Virus record (IMG/VR): IMGVR_UViG_3300007535_000176
Coordinates: 1-61,660 of that record
Source of the DNA: a virus
Taxonomy: Duplodnaviria > Caudoviricetes
Direction: 5' to 3' (one strand)
DNA length: 61,660 nt
The position numbers were made by a program, and so were the translations under genes. The number at the start of each line of letters is the position of its first letter. The stretch's first letter is position 1. Shown piece after piece: positions 1 through 10,691 of this stretch. Under the pieces are notes generated by a model that did no database searches, had not been told where the DNA came from, and saw only the letters and a list, made by a program, of their open reading frames with translations.

Positions 1-2
1 AT

Positions 3-182
3 TCGCGCCAACTGCTGACAGAAACAATGAGCCTAGGACAACGTTTACGAGACGATCTTGGGATTGAGATTGCTGACATGGATAAACAATCAAGTCGCTT
101 TTTCAAGACTGTATATGTAAATCCTGCTCGTGTCGCACCCATGACACGAGAGACAGTAGTTCGAAATGAAATTGGCGATTAA
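3..182 (+). CDS. 3' end of an upstream gene (partial), possibly a glycosyltransferase-like phage protein
   Basis: Frame 3 is open from the window edge (SRQLLTETMSLG...SRFFKTVYVNPAR...EIGD*); its TAA overlaps the next ATG (TAATG). The product is a guess. Confidence 0.6.
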   Translation, partial: SRQLLTETMSLGQRLRDDLGIEIADMDKQSSRFFKTVYVNPARVAPMTRETVVRNEIGD

Positions 183-1750
183 TGACAAAGATAAATGATG
201 TCAATTGGGAGCGTGAACCTAGCGGCCTAATTGCTAACAACGAAAATAACATTGATAACGTTCGCAACTTGCTAAACAAAACAGGTTGTGGATTCTGCCT
301 TGCCAAGTTCAAACAGGTAACGCTGCATTTGGGCACGGGTATGACACACAGTTGTCATCACCCTACTCCACATCGCATTGATCCCGAAGCAGTTCAAGCT
401 GATCCCAATCAGTTATTCAATACACCAGAACTCAAAACTGCTCGACGACAAATGCTCAATGATGAAAAACCCAGCGAGTGTGATTATTGTTGGCGCGTTG
501 AAGACGATGGCGGCATGAGTGATCGCTATTTCAAAAGTCTTGAGCCCTGGGCGTTGCCAGATCATGATACAGTAGCAGCAAGCACTGGTGATGAAGATAT
601 CTACCCCAGCTACCTGGAAGTAAGCTTTAGCAATGTATGCAATATGAAGTGCACCTATTGCGGTCCAGAGTTTAGCAGTAAATGGGTTGAAGAACTCAAG
701 TCACAAGGACCAGTCAAACTGCTAGAAGGAACGGATAAAGAACAATGGGCGCAAGGATATCAGGATTTAGACACCCTCAATTACAAGCATAGAGAGTTTA
801 ATCCCTACATTGACGCATTTTGGAGATGGTTTCCAGATGCATTGCCCCATCTCAAGCACTACCGTATTACTGGTGGTGAGCCACTCATGAGCAAGGAAAC
901 ATTCAAGAGCATGGACTGGTTGATTGAAAACCCAAACCCCGAGATGGAGTTTTCAATCAACTCAAACTTCAGTGTGCCGGAAAAATTGTGGGACCGCTTC
1001 ATCGAGCGTCTCAGCGTGTTGCGAACTGGTAACCGCGTCAAAAAAATCACAATCTATACCAGCATTGAGGGCTGGGGAGAGCGTGCAGAATACGCGAGGA
1101 CAGGCTTGGACTTTGAATTGCTACGCAGACGTTACGAGCAAATACTACAGCTAGGCAATGTGCGATGCGTGGTCATGGCAGCATACAACATCTTTAGTGT
1201 TACCAGCATGAAGGAGATGTTGGAATGGTTGCATGAAATGAAAGTCCAGTATAATCCCAATAACTCTAGTGTTCATCTAGAAGAAAACACAGGCTTTGAA
1301 TTGGTTCCTGGCAGCTATGGCGCACGGCGCGAGGCCAATCCCCAACACCACGTCATAGCGGGTATTGATATACCATATCTACGTCATCCAGAGTATTTGG
1401 ATGCTCAGTATTGTGATGCAGACATGGTAGAGCGTTATATGATACCAACATTGGACTACATGTCCAGTCATGCAGCTAGCAGTGTGTGGGGCGACCATCA
1501 AGGATTTGAAAATTACGAAATTGAAAAACTCAAACGCATCATTGTTCATCGTATGTATTTCAATCGCAAAACTCGTGACGATCAGAACAGCCGTTATGAT
1601 ATAATGGAAAATCGTGCTAAGTTTTATGACTTCGTAAATAACATGGATCGACGTAGAGGCACAGATTTCCTAAAAACATTCCCTGAGATGAAAGATTTTT
1701 ACGAGCTATGTCGTGAAAGCAAAGAGGCATGGACTAAGATTAACAATTAA
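182..1750 (+). CDS. Radical SAM protein with N-terminal twitch domain (rSAM 1)
   Basis: N-terminal CLAKF...SCHH...ECDYCW; CNMKCTYC; TGGEP motif. Confidence 0.92.
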   Translation: MTKINDVNWEREPSGLIANNENNIDNVRNLLNKTGCGFCLAKFKQVTLHLGTGMTHSCHHPTPHRIDPEAVQADPNQLFNTPELKTARRQMLNDEKPSECDYCWRVEDDGGMSDRYFKSLEPWALPDHDTVAASTGDEDIYPSYLEVSFSNVCNMKCTYCGPEFSSKWVEELKSQGPVKLLEGTDKEQWAQGYQDLDTLNYKHREFNPYIDAFWRWFPDALPHLKHYRITGGEPLMSKETFKSMDWLIENPNPEMEFSINSNFSVPEKLWDRFIERLSVLRTGNRVKKITIYTSIEGWGERAEYARTGLDFELLRRRYEQILQLGNVRCVVMAAYNIFSVTSMKEMLEWLHEMKVQYNPNNSSVHLEENTGFELVPGSYGARREANPQHHVIAGIDIPYLRHPEYLDAQYCDADMVERYMIPTLDYMSSHAASSVWGDHQGFENYEIEKLKRIIVHRMYFNRKTRDDQNSRYDIMENRAKFYDFVNNMDRRRGTDFLKTFPEMKDFYELCRESKEAWTKINN

Positions 1751-2883
1751 TGCTACCATATGAACACATACGACGCATACACTTTGAATTGAGTAGTATC
1801 TGCAACGCAGCTTGCCCGAACTGTCCTCGCAACATTCATGGCGGCCGTGCGATACCCAATCTCAAAGAACGCGCCATAACATTTGATGAGTTCACAACCA
1901 TGATAGATGTGGACACCCTGGCTCAACTTGAACAAATACGTTTTTGTGGTAATTACGGTGACCCTGTTAGTGCCCGTGACCTACCACAAATCGTAGAATG
2001 GGTCTACAAGTATAATCCAGATATTCATATTGAAATCAATACAAATGGTGGTGCTAGAAACACCGAGTGGTGGCGACGTCTCGGAAAACTCATGAAAGGT
2101 CACACTGGATTTGTGATCTTTAGTGTTGACGGACTGGCTGATACCAATCATATCTATCGCCGCGGTGTTGTGTGGCAAAAGCTCTATGAAAACATTCAAG
2201 CTTATATTGGAGGTGGCGGGCGCGCAGTGTGGGAATTTTTGGTGTTTCAACACAACGAACATCAAATTGAGCAAGCCCGTGAACTGAGTCGCCAATTAGA
2301 CTTCAATGACTTTCGTGTCAAAAAGCCTTTCGGGTTCAATGACAGCTATAACAGCACGCCATATATGACTGTTCTAGATCGCGAAGGAAATTTTGAACGA
2401 GCACTTTGGCCCCGAGGTGTTGAGCCTGTTGATGTTGAACCACATGATATGGATTTGGATGCCTATCGTCTCGAGCTCACCCGCGCCCACAAGGCGGCAT
2501 TTGGAGATCGTGAAGAACAGGAAATGTATTTTGATTACATGGATCAAAGCCGACCCACTGGAATTGACTGCATGAGTATCCGTGATAGAGAAATTTATGT
2601 GGATAGTCAAGGCTATATGTATCCTTGTTGTTTTCTTGGTCATGGCGGCCAAGTCCAACGCGGACGCGAGACAGTATTTTTCCGACGCTGGGTTACGGAA
2701 AATGTAGGCTGGGATAATATCAGTCTTTTCAACAAAACAGTCCAAGAAATAGCCCAAAGCGAATATTTTGAATTAATAGAAAAAACATGGGACAAAACAC
2801 ATCGCGAAGGAAAAATGGCAATGTGTTCTCTCATGTGCTCGAGCGATTGTGCTCGCAACACAATGAGGAACCTTTATGACTAA
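1750..2883 (+). CDS. Radical SAM protein with C-terminal SPASM/twitch-like domain (rSAM 2)
   Basis: CNAACPNC; CGNYGDP; FSVDG; C-terminal C...YPCC...CSLMC. Confidence 0.92.
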   Translation: MLPYEHIRRIHFELSSICNAACPNCPRNIHGGRAIPNLKERAITFDEFTTMIDVDTLAQLEQIRFCGNYGDPVSARDLPQIVEWVYKYNPDIHIEINTNGGARNTEWWRRLGKLMKGHTGFVIFSVDGLADTNHIYRRGVVWQKLYENIQAYIGGGGRAVWEFLVFQHNEHQIEQARELSRQLDFNDFRVKKPFGFNDSYNSTPYMTVLDREGNFERALWPRGVEPVDVEPHDMDLDAYRLELTRAHKAAFGDREEQEMYFDYMDQSRPTGIDCMSIRDREIYVDSQGYMYPCCFLGHGGQVQRGRETVFFRRWVTENVGWDNISLFNKTVQEIAQSEYFELIEKTWDKTHREGKMAMCSLMCSSDCARNTMRNLYD

Positions 2884-4360
2884 ACGCAGCGCAGCAATAA
2901 ATTGGATGGACAACGTTGTCAACAAAAAAAGTCCAACGTTTTGTGGAGCCAAATGGTATAATGCAACTATATGGTTGGGAAATGGCGCAACAGCAAGTTG
3001 CCACCATCCACCCCCACACCAGATAGATGCTGATGAGGTTCGTAAAAATCCCAAGGCGTTGCATAATACAGAATACAAAAAACTTGTGCGCAAACAAATG
3101 TTGGAGGGTATCCAAACAAAAGAATGTGACTATTGTTGGCGTATTGAAAACATGGATTCTGAAGTAGTAAGTGATCGCTATTACAAGAGCAGCATCTATA
3201 GTGATGAGGAATTACAAGAAGCAGCAGACATGCCTTGGGATGCAGATGTTAACCTAAAACAACTAGAGATTGCATTTGATAACAATTGTAATTTTGCCTG
3301 CTCGTATTGCAACGCAGGATTTAGCACAACTTGGGCACACGACATCAATAAAAACGGTGCTTACCAAGATCTTACCAGTGATGGCTGGGGCGCGTTCGCC
3401 CATAATGGTAACTGGGCTCACCCATATGGCGTAAAAAACCAAGACAATCCATATGTTGAGGCATTTTGGAAATGGTGGGAAAGCGACTTACAATACAGCT
3501 TGCGCGAACTGAGAGTAACAGGCGGTGAAGCTACTGTGAGTTACGATTTTTGGAAATTGGTTGAGTGGTATGAAAACAATCCCCACTGTCCTGTAGAACT
3601 CAGTGTTAATACCAACTTGGGTGTAAAACGTCGCCCTCTTGATCGTCTCTGCAAACTCAGTCACAACATCAAAGGATTCAACCTTTTCACCAGCAACGAA
3701 AGCATGGGGTCAAACGCTGAGTATATACGTGACGGATTGATTTGGCCGGAATGGCAGGATAACCTTCGTTATGTCATGGACCACGGAAAATTTCAATATA
3801 TCCATGTCATGATGACTATCAATGCGTTATGCCTGGTAAGCTTTTGTGATTTTCATGAATTCCTACTGGACCTTCGTGAAAACAATCCAGATACTCGAAT
3901 CGAGTTCAGTCATAATATTCTGCGGTTCCCTAGTTTTCAGAGCATTACAACACTTCCCAAGCAGTTAAGAGAGCAACAGACTGAGGCGATGACAGCTTGG
4001 CTAGCAGCTAACGAGTATCGCTTGCAGCCGCACGAGATAGACGGTTTCAACCGCACCGTGCGCTATGTGCAAGAGATTGACGAGGGGCATAACATCGGTA
4101 ACTTGCACAGTGACCTTGAAAAACGACAGCGCGATTTCCGTAACTTTTACGCTCAATATGATCGCCGTAGGGGAAAAACATTTAGCGAATCATTTGCCAA
4201 TTGGCCCGAGCTAGTTGAGTGGTATGAGCATGTGGATGGCAGTGCCAATGTAAATAAGATTGACAATCTTATTGAAGGCGATGCAACTGAATGGGGCCGC
4301 CCGATATTTGATGAAGTGCTAGGTGAAGCACGGAAACAGAAACCAACTGATGACAAGTAA
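2876..4360 (+). CDS. Radical SAM protein with N-terminal twitch domain (rSAM 3)
   Basis: CGAKW...SCHH...ECDYCW; CNFACSYC; TGGEA; clear paralogue of rSAM 1. Confidence 0.92.
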   Translation: MTKRSAAINWMDNVVNKKSPTFCGAKWYNATIWLGNGATASCHHPPPHQIDADEVRKNPKALHNTEYKKLVRKQMLEGIQTKECDYCWRIENMDSEVVSDRYYKSSIYSDEELQEAADMPWDADVNLKQLEIAFDNNCNFACSYCNAGFSTTWAHDINKNGAYQDLTSDGWGAFAHNGNWAHPYGVKNQDNPYVEAFWKWWESDLQYSLRELRVTGGEATVSYDFWKLVEWYENNPHCPVELSVNTNLGVKRRPLDRLCKLSHNIKGFNLFTSNESMGSNAEYIRDGLIWPEWQDNLRYVMDHGKFQYIHVMMTINALCLVSFCDFHEFLLDLRENNPDTRIEFSHNILRFPSFQSITTLPKQLREQQTEAMTAWLAANEYRLQPHEIDGFNRTVRYVQEIDEGHNIGNLHSDLEKRQRDFRNFYAQYDRRRGKTFSESFANWPELVEWYEHVDGSANVNKIDNLIEGDATEWGRPIFDEVLGEARKQKPTDDK

Positions 4361-5504
4361 AACTAGATGTCCTATGCCATTTGCAGGTTTCGATATCGAA
4401 ACCAATGGCACTGTAAAGCCCTGTTGTATATATGAAGGCAGCATTGGTAACGTCAATGACGAAAGCATTGATGACATCTGGCATGGCGACAAACTTCAAA
4501 AGATCAGACAGGATCTAGAATCAGGCGTGCGAATTCCTGGTTGTCGGCAGTGTTGGATCGAAGAAGCCAGCACAGGACACAGCAAGCGCATACGTGAACA
4601 AGACCAGTTTCCCGACTCGGTCTATCAAACACCACAAGTTAAACGCCTAGATATTAAACTGGGTAACACCTGCAACCTAAAATGTCGTATCTGTAATTAC
4701 GAGAGTAGCAGTATTTTCAACAGCGAAAACAAACAGATTGCCAGACGCTTTCCAGACGCCCAAGTCAACTATATAGGCAATGACCGTGTGGATCGTTACA
4801 AGTGGTATCGTGACGAAGATTTTTGGAGGGTTATTCTCAAATATGGTCCTGAAATTGAACAGATAGACTTTATGGGTGGTGAGCCTTTGCTTGACAAAAC
4901 TCACAAGCGTATATTGGAAACTCTAGTAGAGCAAGGCCTTGCCCAAAACATTACCATTAACTACACAACGAATGGAACCATTGTTCCGGATTTTGAACTG
5001 CTACGTAATTTTCGTAGCATTCTATTCACGGTGAGTGGCGATGCCATTGAACACCGTTTTGAATACAATCGTTATCCAGTCCAGTGGTCAGATTTCAAAG
5101 ACAATATTTTTGATATAAGAGCTGGCGCTGACAGCTTTCTTATTAGCTACAGTGTTAGTAGTTATAGTCTATTCGGAATTCCAGATGCCTTGGATTATTA
5201 CATGGAAAATGGATATATAGTATGGTTCAATTATGTTCACTTAACAGAAGCTAGCAATGCACGAAACCTACCTCCTGAACTCAAAGAACAATTTAGGCAG
5301 CTCGTTGCTGAACGTAAACGAGACGAATGGTTGTGGACACGAGCCAACATACAAGAGGTTTTGGATTTTATTAATGTTGAAGACAATCCCAAGCACTTCC
5401 AAGATTTTATATATGATTGCAAATTGAGAGATCAATTCCGCGATCAAGATTTTAAGGACTATTTGCCAGAATATGCACCCTACGCCGATCTTGCACGAAT
5501 TTGA
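4350..5504 (+). CDS. Radical SAM protein with N-terminal twitch domain (rSAM 4)
   Basis: CPMPF...KPCC...CRQCW; CNLKCRIC; GGEPLL; start placed at ATG 4350 (MTSKTRC). Confidence 0.92.
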   Translation: MTSKTRCPMPFAGFDIETNGTVKPCCIYEGSIGNVNDESIDDIWHGDKLQKIRQDLESGVRIPGCRQCWIEEASTGHSKRIREQDQFPDSVYQTPQVKRLDIKLGNTCNLKCRICNYESSSIFNSENKQIARRFPDAQVNYIGNDRVDRYKWYRDEDFWRVILKYGPEIEQIDFMGGEPLLDKTHKRILETLVEQGLAQNITINYTTNGTIVPDFELLRNFRSILFTVSGDAIEHRFEYNRYPVQWSDFKDNIFDIRAGADSFLISYSVSSYSLFGIPDALDYYMENGYIVWFNYVHLTEASNARNLPPELKEQFRQLVAERKRDEWLWTRANIQEVLDFINVEDNPKHFQDFIYDCKLRDQFRDQDFKDYLPEYAPYADLARI

Positions 5505-6324
5505 CAATTGGAGTCGCACAGCCATGATAACATGTCTGTATCAAGGGCATCTCTATGATCTCTATCGACAATACAGTTCGGATATAGTGCGCAGCCATGA
5601 AGAATTTGCGAGATTTAATAATTGGGATTATCTAGTCATTGGTGATGAAATCAATAACATTTATGGTCTTGAATCATGGCGCGATACAAATATCGATGCA
5701 CGTTGTGACTGCCTAGGAATGAATAAATGGTATGCAATGGATTGGGTATTTGAAAATACTGATTATGATGAGATCTTATTGGTTGATTTTGATAGCAAAT
5801 TTATCTATAACACAGAATTAAACTTGGGTGACTGCGACATAAAGGCTACGCATCTCACGCTCAGTCCTTATTATGATACTACTTGGTTCCTCTATTATTG
5901 TCTATATAAAAATGTTCCGTTTGAACAGATCAACCGTGCCGTGCCATTCAAATTCAACACAGGCTTTATTAAAGTTCGCCGGGGATTTTTCCAGCGCAGT
6001 GATTTGGATGAGTTCGTTGATTTTGCTTGCCGAACACTGAATAATGTTAAATACAATGAGCGCAAAAGTTGGATAGACATGAGCAATGCTGATATGGCTC
6101 GTATCCATGAAACACACAATACAACGCTTACGCCGTTTGATGAAGTGTTCTTGGTTTATCAAATAATGCAACAAGAACCAACGATTGAAGAATTTGATAA
6201 GCGATTTAACATCAACAGCACAGATCTCATGGATCGTGATACTGCTCACGTTCATTTCTGCGTTAACAAAGAGCGTGATATCAAAATATTGTGTGAGCCA
6301 GGACGGGCGGAGTTTTTGAAGTGA
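5473..6324 (+). CDS. Glycosyltransferase-like protein (GT-A fold)
   Basis: LLVDFD (DxD), FNTGFI, DE and HVHF motifs typical of GT8/GT34-like nucleotide-diphospho-sugar transferases. Confidence 0.6.
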   Translation: MHPTPILHEFDNWSRTAMITCLYQGHLYDLYRQYSSDIVRSHEEFARFNNWDYLVIGDEINNIYGLESWRDTNIDARCDCLGMNKWYAMDWVFENTDYDEILLVDFDSKFIYNTELNLGDCDIKATHLTLSPYYDTTWFLYYCLYKNVPFEQINRAVPFKFNTGFIKVRRGFFQRSDLDEFVDFACRTLNNVKYNERKSWIDMSNADMARIHETHNTTLTPFDEVFLVYQIMQQEPTIEEFDKRFNINSTDLMDRDTAHVHFCVNKERDIKILCEPGRAEFLK

Positions 6325-7346
6325 GTGCACCAGAAAATCTAGAACAATATCTCAAGGACCACATTTGTTTCAAACCCTGGGATAGTATAAGCATTGAACC
6401 CAATGGTGATGTAATTAACTGTTGTATGCCTTGGTTGCCCAAACCCATTGGCAACTTGTTTGAAAATACAATGGAAGAAATCCTCAACAGCGAGGCAAGC
6501 CGCGAAGTGCAGGAGAGTATCCTGGATGGAAGTTATCGCTATTGTAACAAAGATATGTGTAGTGAGATATATGGTGGACGTTTGCCCGCGCGACCAGACG
6601 AGATGAAACTTCCTCGCCGCCCATACAAGATTCGCTTCAATAACGATCGCAGTTGTAACCTATGGTGTCCTAGTTGTCGTCTACGCCGTGTTCAGCACAA
6701 TGAAGGACCAGCATATGAAAAAGCCAAATGGCTAAATGATCGAGTCTATGAATACATGCTAGAGCAGGCAGATCGCGGCCCAGTTGAGATTTGGGTCACA
6801 GGTAGTGGCGATGCGATTGGAAGTCGTATCTATCGTGACATGCTCAAAAGCATTAATGGGGCTGAATTTCCTGATCTCAAAATCAACTTAATGACCAATG
6901 GTGTATTGTTTACGCCCAAGACGTGGGAAAGCCTGCATCGAATCTGGAATAACATTACATTAATTGATATCAGTGTTGATGCAGGCACAAAAAGCGTCTA
7001 TCAAAAGATGAGACCTCCAGGCAAATGGGATCAACTACTCAGCAACGCAAAATACCTAGGCGAGTGTGCGCAAGAGTATCGCAATATCGATATCAATTAT
7101 GGATTTGTTGTGCAGCATGGTAACTACAAGGACATGGTCAATTTTGTTGACACATTCAGTCAGTTCGAGCGTTATCATTTGCTCAACTTTACTTTGGTTA
7201 ATGATTGGAATACCTGGGAAGATTTTGGTAGTCATGCTGTATGGCGGCGTAGCCATCCAGAGCATGAAGAGTTTTTGGAAATGGTGCGGAGGCCAGAATT
7301 AGAAGATGAGCGAGTGTTTATGGGCTCGCTCAAACGTTTTCTCTAA
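6321..7346 (+). CDS. Radical SAM protein with N-terminal twitch domain (rSAM 5)
   Basis: CFKPW...INCC...CNKDMC; CNLWCPSC; TGSGDA; ISVDA. Confidence 0.9.
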   Translation: MSAPENLEQYLKDHICFKPWDSISIEPNGDVINCCMPWLPKPIGNLFENTMEEILNSEASREVQESILDGSYRYCNKDMCSEIYGGRLPARPDEMKLPRRPYKIRFNNDRSCNLWCPSCRLRRVQHNEGPAYEKAKWLNDRVYEYMLEQADRGPVEIWVTGSGDAIGSRIYRDMLKSINGAEFPDLKINLMTNGVLFTPKTWESLHRIWNNITLIDISVDAGTKSVYQKMRPPGKWDQLLSNAKYLGECAQEYRNIDINYGFVVQHGNYKDMVNFVDTFSQFERYHLLNFTLVNDWNTWEDFGSHAVWRRSHPEHEEFLEMVRRPELEDERVFMGSLKRFL

Positions 7347-7439
7347 TTATTTGTAAATGAATGGATCTTTTCGAGCAATCTTGCGAAACTTTCGCTTTAG
7401 ACGCCACTCTGACCATTTGCGCTTAAACCAAGCCATCAT
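7347..7439 (-). CDS. 30-aa basic peptide MMAWFKRKWSEWRLKRKFRKIARKDPFIYK (KDPFIY family, copy 1)
   Basis: Hand-translated; GGAGGAG Shine-Dalgarno 7 nt upstream; paralogue at 13407-13511. Confidence 0.8.
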   Translation of the reverse strand: MMAWFKRKWSEWRLKRKFRKIARKDPFIYK

Positions 7440-8097
7440 AACCTAACTCCTCCATAAAATATTTAGTCAATTGGTTGTGTTGATCAATACCATAATGGCG
7501 TTCATCAATCTCTGGATCATCATTAAGAAATTCATGTATAGACAATACATTGGCTTGCCTAAGTAAATGATGAAAATGCTCAGTCATGATATTAACGCTG
7601 TTATCTTCTGTCTGAGGAATAACAGGGAATGGCTTACATGTATAAATGAACATTCGAAATGGTAACAGCGTAACATGTTCTAAGAACGGAATTAATTTGC
7701 TCATTGCATGATAAATTTCATTTTGCTCGTCGTAGTAATTAACAATGTAATTCATCATTTTTGTTTTAAGTTCGCGATCGTCTTCAGCATCAATTTCACT
7801 AGCATTATAATACTTGTGTAATTTGCCTTCATGTAATACAGGAGGAATAAATGAGTCTGAATTGATATGAAAAAATACAATGTCATTATGGAAGAGTAAA
7901 TGTTTATTTAGATAAAATCGATTAATAGCAAAATGAAATGACTCACCAGGACGAGCGAAATTATACAGCTTATAGCCCAACTTGTGGCTTATTTGTCGGG
8001 GGAATGCCGTATGAAATATCTTGTATGGGCATTTATCGAAATCACTGTTGTGTCCAAACCCTATTGATTGGCTAGATCCAAAATTGAATATTTTCAT
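7423..8097 (-). CDS. SGNH/GDSL hydrolase-like protein
   Basis: N-terminal FNFGSSQS, NFARPGES and C-terminal DERH. Confidence 0.55.
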   Translation of the reverse strand: MKIFNFGSSQSIGFGHNSDFDKCPYKIFHTAFPRQISHKLGYKLYNFARPGESFHFAINRFYLNKHLLFHNDIVFFHINSDSFIPPVLHEGKLHKYYNASEIDAEDDRELKTKMMNYIVNYYDEQNEIYHAMSKLIPFLEHVTLLPFRMFIYTCKPFPVIPQTEDNSVNIMTEHFHHLLRQANVLSIHEFLNDDPEIDERHYGIDQHNQLTKYFMEELGYDGLV

Positions 8098-8621
8098 GGT
8101 GCTATTACCGAATCTACAATTTGATGAACTATGCTGTTACCTACAGCATTTAGATGATTAATATCACCCGCATGTAACTTTCTCACTACGCTAAGATCTT
8201 CGGCTCCAGTAAACAAACAGTCATCAAAAAACGTAAAATGATGTCCTCGTATATCGGTCATCATGTCCTTAACTATGAGATTGTAGATACTAAGAAAGAA
8301 TTTTTCATCCCAGATGCTGTCTAATGTTTTGATAAATTCATCTTCCTGATTATCATACACGTTTTTAAACATAAGGTCACAAAAAGGATGACTACGCAAT
8401 TTGCGGGGCAGTAAATTACGACTGTCTTTGAGATATACTCTGCTCCAATGTGTATGCACAAAAACGATTGAATCTGTTAGTCCAATCTTGTATTTTTGTT
8501 CTTGGTAACGGCTCCAAATACGATATTCGCTAATACCACGGTCTGCATGAATTACAGCGTTGGGGAAATAGTCTGTCCAACCGCCATCACTTGCAAAGCT
8601 ATCACCAAAAATATGGATCAC
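8094..8621 (-). CDS. SGNH/GDSL hydrolase-like protein
   Basis: IFGDSF block I; C-terminal DINH. Confidence 0.6.
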   Translation of the reverse strand: MIHIFGDSFASDGGWTDYFPNAVIHADRGISEYRIWSRYQEQKYKIGLTDSIVFVHTHWSRVYLKDSRNLLPRKLRSHPFCDLMFKNVYDNQEDEFIKTLDSIWDEKFFLSIYNLIVKDMMTDIRGHHFTFFDDCLFTGAEDLSVVRKLHAGDINHLNAVGNSIVHQIVDSVIAP

Positions 8622-9886
8622 TCTGCGCCTCCAAAGTCCATGTTACACAACAATTCAGCCAACTCTGGCAAGCTACGTTTCCAATCTAGACCAGCAGTTT
8701 CATCAAACATATCCAATCTCATTTTTGCGTGTTTCATTTCATGCTGCCAATCTTTTTCATTGCCATCGCTCTCATACATGAAGTTGATGCAATTCTGCAT
8801 AGCATCCGCTGCATTTTGAACGCCGGACTCAATAAATTCCGCGCGCCGCCGTGTGAGCATGTCAGCAACTTCTTGTTTTGTCTCGGGAGGAAAATGCTTG
8901 AGACTGAATAGAGTTGGGTAGGTGACAAAGTTAGTATAGAGATTGAAATCACCTTCAATCCAATGATTGTCGATACACCATTGCACAAAGTCTGGAAACT
9001 GGTGGATGTTGAGGATACTCACTGTGACACTTGGATAAATGAACAAGCTGAGATCAGGACATTCGAACTTGAGGAAGTTGAAATTGTCTCTTGTTTTGTC
9101 CCATTTAGCACCAGTGCGTATGTATTCAAAAACATCATCCATACCGTCAATACTAGCAGCAACAGTGATAGATTCAAAATGTTTCCACCATTCTGTGATG
9201 TTCTTTCTTTTGTAGGTTATCGAACTCATGTTGGTATTGTAGCTGAGATGAACGTCCTTAGCATTACCGATGTCGATAAGATGCTCCAGTGTGTAATAAT
9301 GTTGCTTTTCCATTAGCGGCTCACCACCCGCCCAATACATACGGTCCACGGTGTTTAGGAATGGTTTAATTTTGTCAAACTCATCAGCACGAATGAACTT
9401 TTGCAAGTCGCTTGTATCTGCATCTGGATTCTGACGCTTGATAATATCTTTATGCTCTTCATACCAAGTGCTACTTAGTTCGTGTCCGCAGGTGCGGCAT
9501 TTGAGATTGCAGTGATTGCTAAAACGCAAATCAACATAGTTGAGACGAATGTCATCAATGCTGCCGTCCTCGTTGGTGTCTGCAATTTCTTGCGTATAGC
9601 GATGCAAATATGCTTCGTTCATTTGCAAACGCATACTGTCTAATCCTGCTCGCTCACGATCAAAGCAGATACGACAAGCATCATGTTCGCCATCAGCCAT
9701 CATGGTTCGACGCATTTCTTTCATGCCTTCGCTGTTCATTGCGTCAAGCAATGAAACATTGTCTTTCTTGAGGTTTCCGAACTTTTTACGATCAAGACGG
9801 TGCATGTCTGTCATACAGCACGGCAATACCTGTCCAGTTGGATGCAGATGTAAATGCATCCAAGGATAAACACACAGTTTGCTCAT
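8618..9886 (-). CDS. Radical SAM protein with N-terminal twitch domain (rSAM 6)
   Basis: CVYPW...LPCC...CRICF; CNLKCRTC; AGGEPL; ASIDG. Confidence 0.93.
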   Translation of the reverse strand: MSKLCVYPWMHLHLHPTGQVLPCCMTDMHRLDRKKFGNLKKDNVSLLDAMNSEGMKEMRRTMMADGEHDACRICFDRERAGLDSMRLQMNEAYLHRYTQEIADTNEDGSIDDIRLNYVDLRFSNHCNLKCRTCGHELSSTWYEEHKDIIKRQNPDADTSDLQKFIRADEFDKIKPFLNTVDRMYWAGGEPLMEKQHYYTLEHLIDIGNAKDVHLSYNTNMSSITYKRKNITEWWKHFESITVAASIDGMDDVFEYIRTGAKWDKTRDNFNFLKFECPDLSLFIYPSVTVSILNIHQFPDFVQWCIDNHWIEGDFNLYTNFVTYPTLFSLKHFPPETKQEVADMLTRRRAEFIESGVQNAADAMQNCINFMYESDGNEKDWQHEMKHAKMRLDMFDETAGLDWKRSLPELAELLCNMDFGGAE

Positions 9887-9910
9887 AGGGTTCCTAACAT
9901 TTGTTACTTC

Positions 9911-9939
9911 TATTTAGTGCTGACTTAATTTGCTAAATA
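9911..9939. promoter_or_regulatory. Divergent pair of CTAAATA motifs (T4-type late promoter-like)
   Basis: tatttag at 9911-9917 (CTAAATA on -) and ctaaata at 9933-9939 (+) in the only divergent gap of the cluster. Confidence 0.6.
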
Positions 9940-9944
9940 CGTGC

Positions 9945-10691
9945 ATGGGTAAAAATTGGATTGTAGCACTAGGCGACAGCTTTACTTATGGAGACGAATT
10001 GCCAGATGATGATTTAGCACGAGGCAATCAACATCTTCGCGCCGTCATCAAAACCGCAAGATCTTATCGTAAGTTCAATGATATACCAATTGAAGTATTT
10101 GAGCAACGTAACAAATATATCAAATTGATGTGTGACGAAGGTCTTGATTATAAATCCTTTTGCAACAGCTATACCTACATAAACAAAGCTTGCGTTAAGG
10201 AAAGAATAGGTTGTCGTAATCTAGCAGTTAACGGACGCAGCGTCGACCACATACTAATTGATTTGATTGATTATTTTGAGTATAACCAACCCAGCGGAGA
10301 AATATTTGTTATTGGGACAGGTCTCAATTATCGTCACACAAAGTTCGATCAAAACAAAAAAGAGTATGCCAGTGATAATTGGCGATTTATGGCAAATGAA
10401 GCATTTGGTTCCGGCAATGATGATTTTTTTGATTATGTTTATGAATATTTTAGTAACCAAGAATACCATGAAATTATGTATCAATCAGCAGTAGATGAAA
10501 TGCGCTATATATTAGAAAGTCACAATACACCATATTATATTTTCAATGTCAAAGAACGCCTGGATCAAATCACATCAGAACACAAACTAGGTAGGTGCGC
10601 ATTTGGTCATAATGATCAACAAGCGCATCAAATTCTATCAGATGAAATTGCACTAAAAATAAGAGAAATTAGAGAACAACTAAATGATTGA
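9945..10691 (+). CDS. SGNH/GDSL hydrolase-like protein
   Basis: ALGDSFTYG, NLAVNGRS and C-terminal GH; start placed at ATG 9945. Confidence 0.62.
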   Translation: MGKNWIVALGDSFTYGDELPDDDLARGNQHLRAVIKTARSYRKFNDIPIEVFEQRNKYIKLMCDEGLDYKSFCNSYTYINKACVKERIGCRNLAVNGRSVDHILIDLIDYFEYNQPSGEIFVIGTGLNYRHTKFDQNKKEYASDNWRFMANEAFGSGNDDFFDYVYEYFSNQEYHEIMYQSAVDEMRYILESHNTPYYIFNVKERLDQITSEHKLGRCAFGHNDQQAHQILSDEIALKIREIREQLND

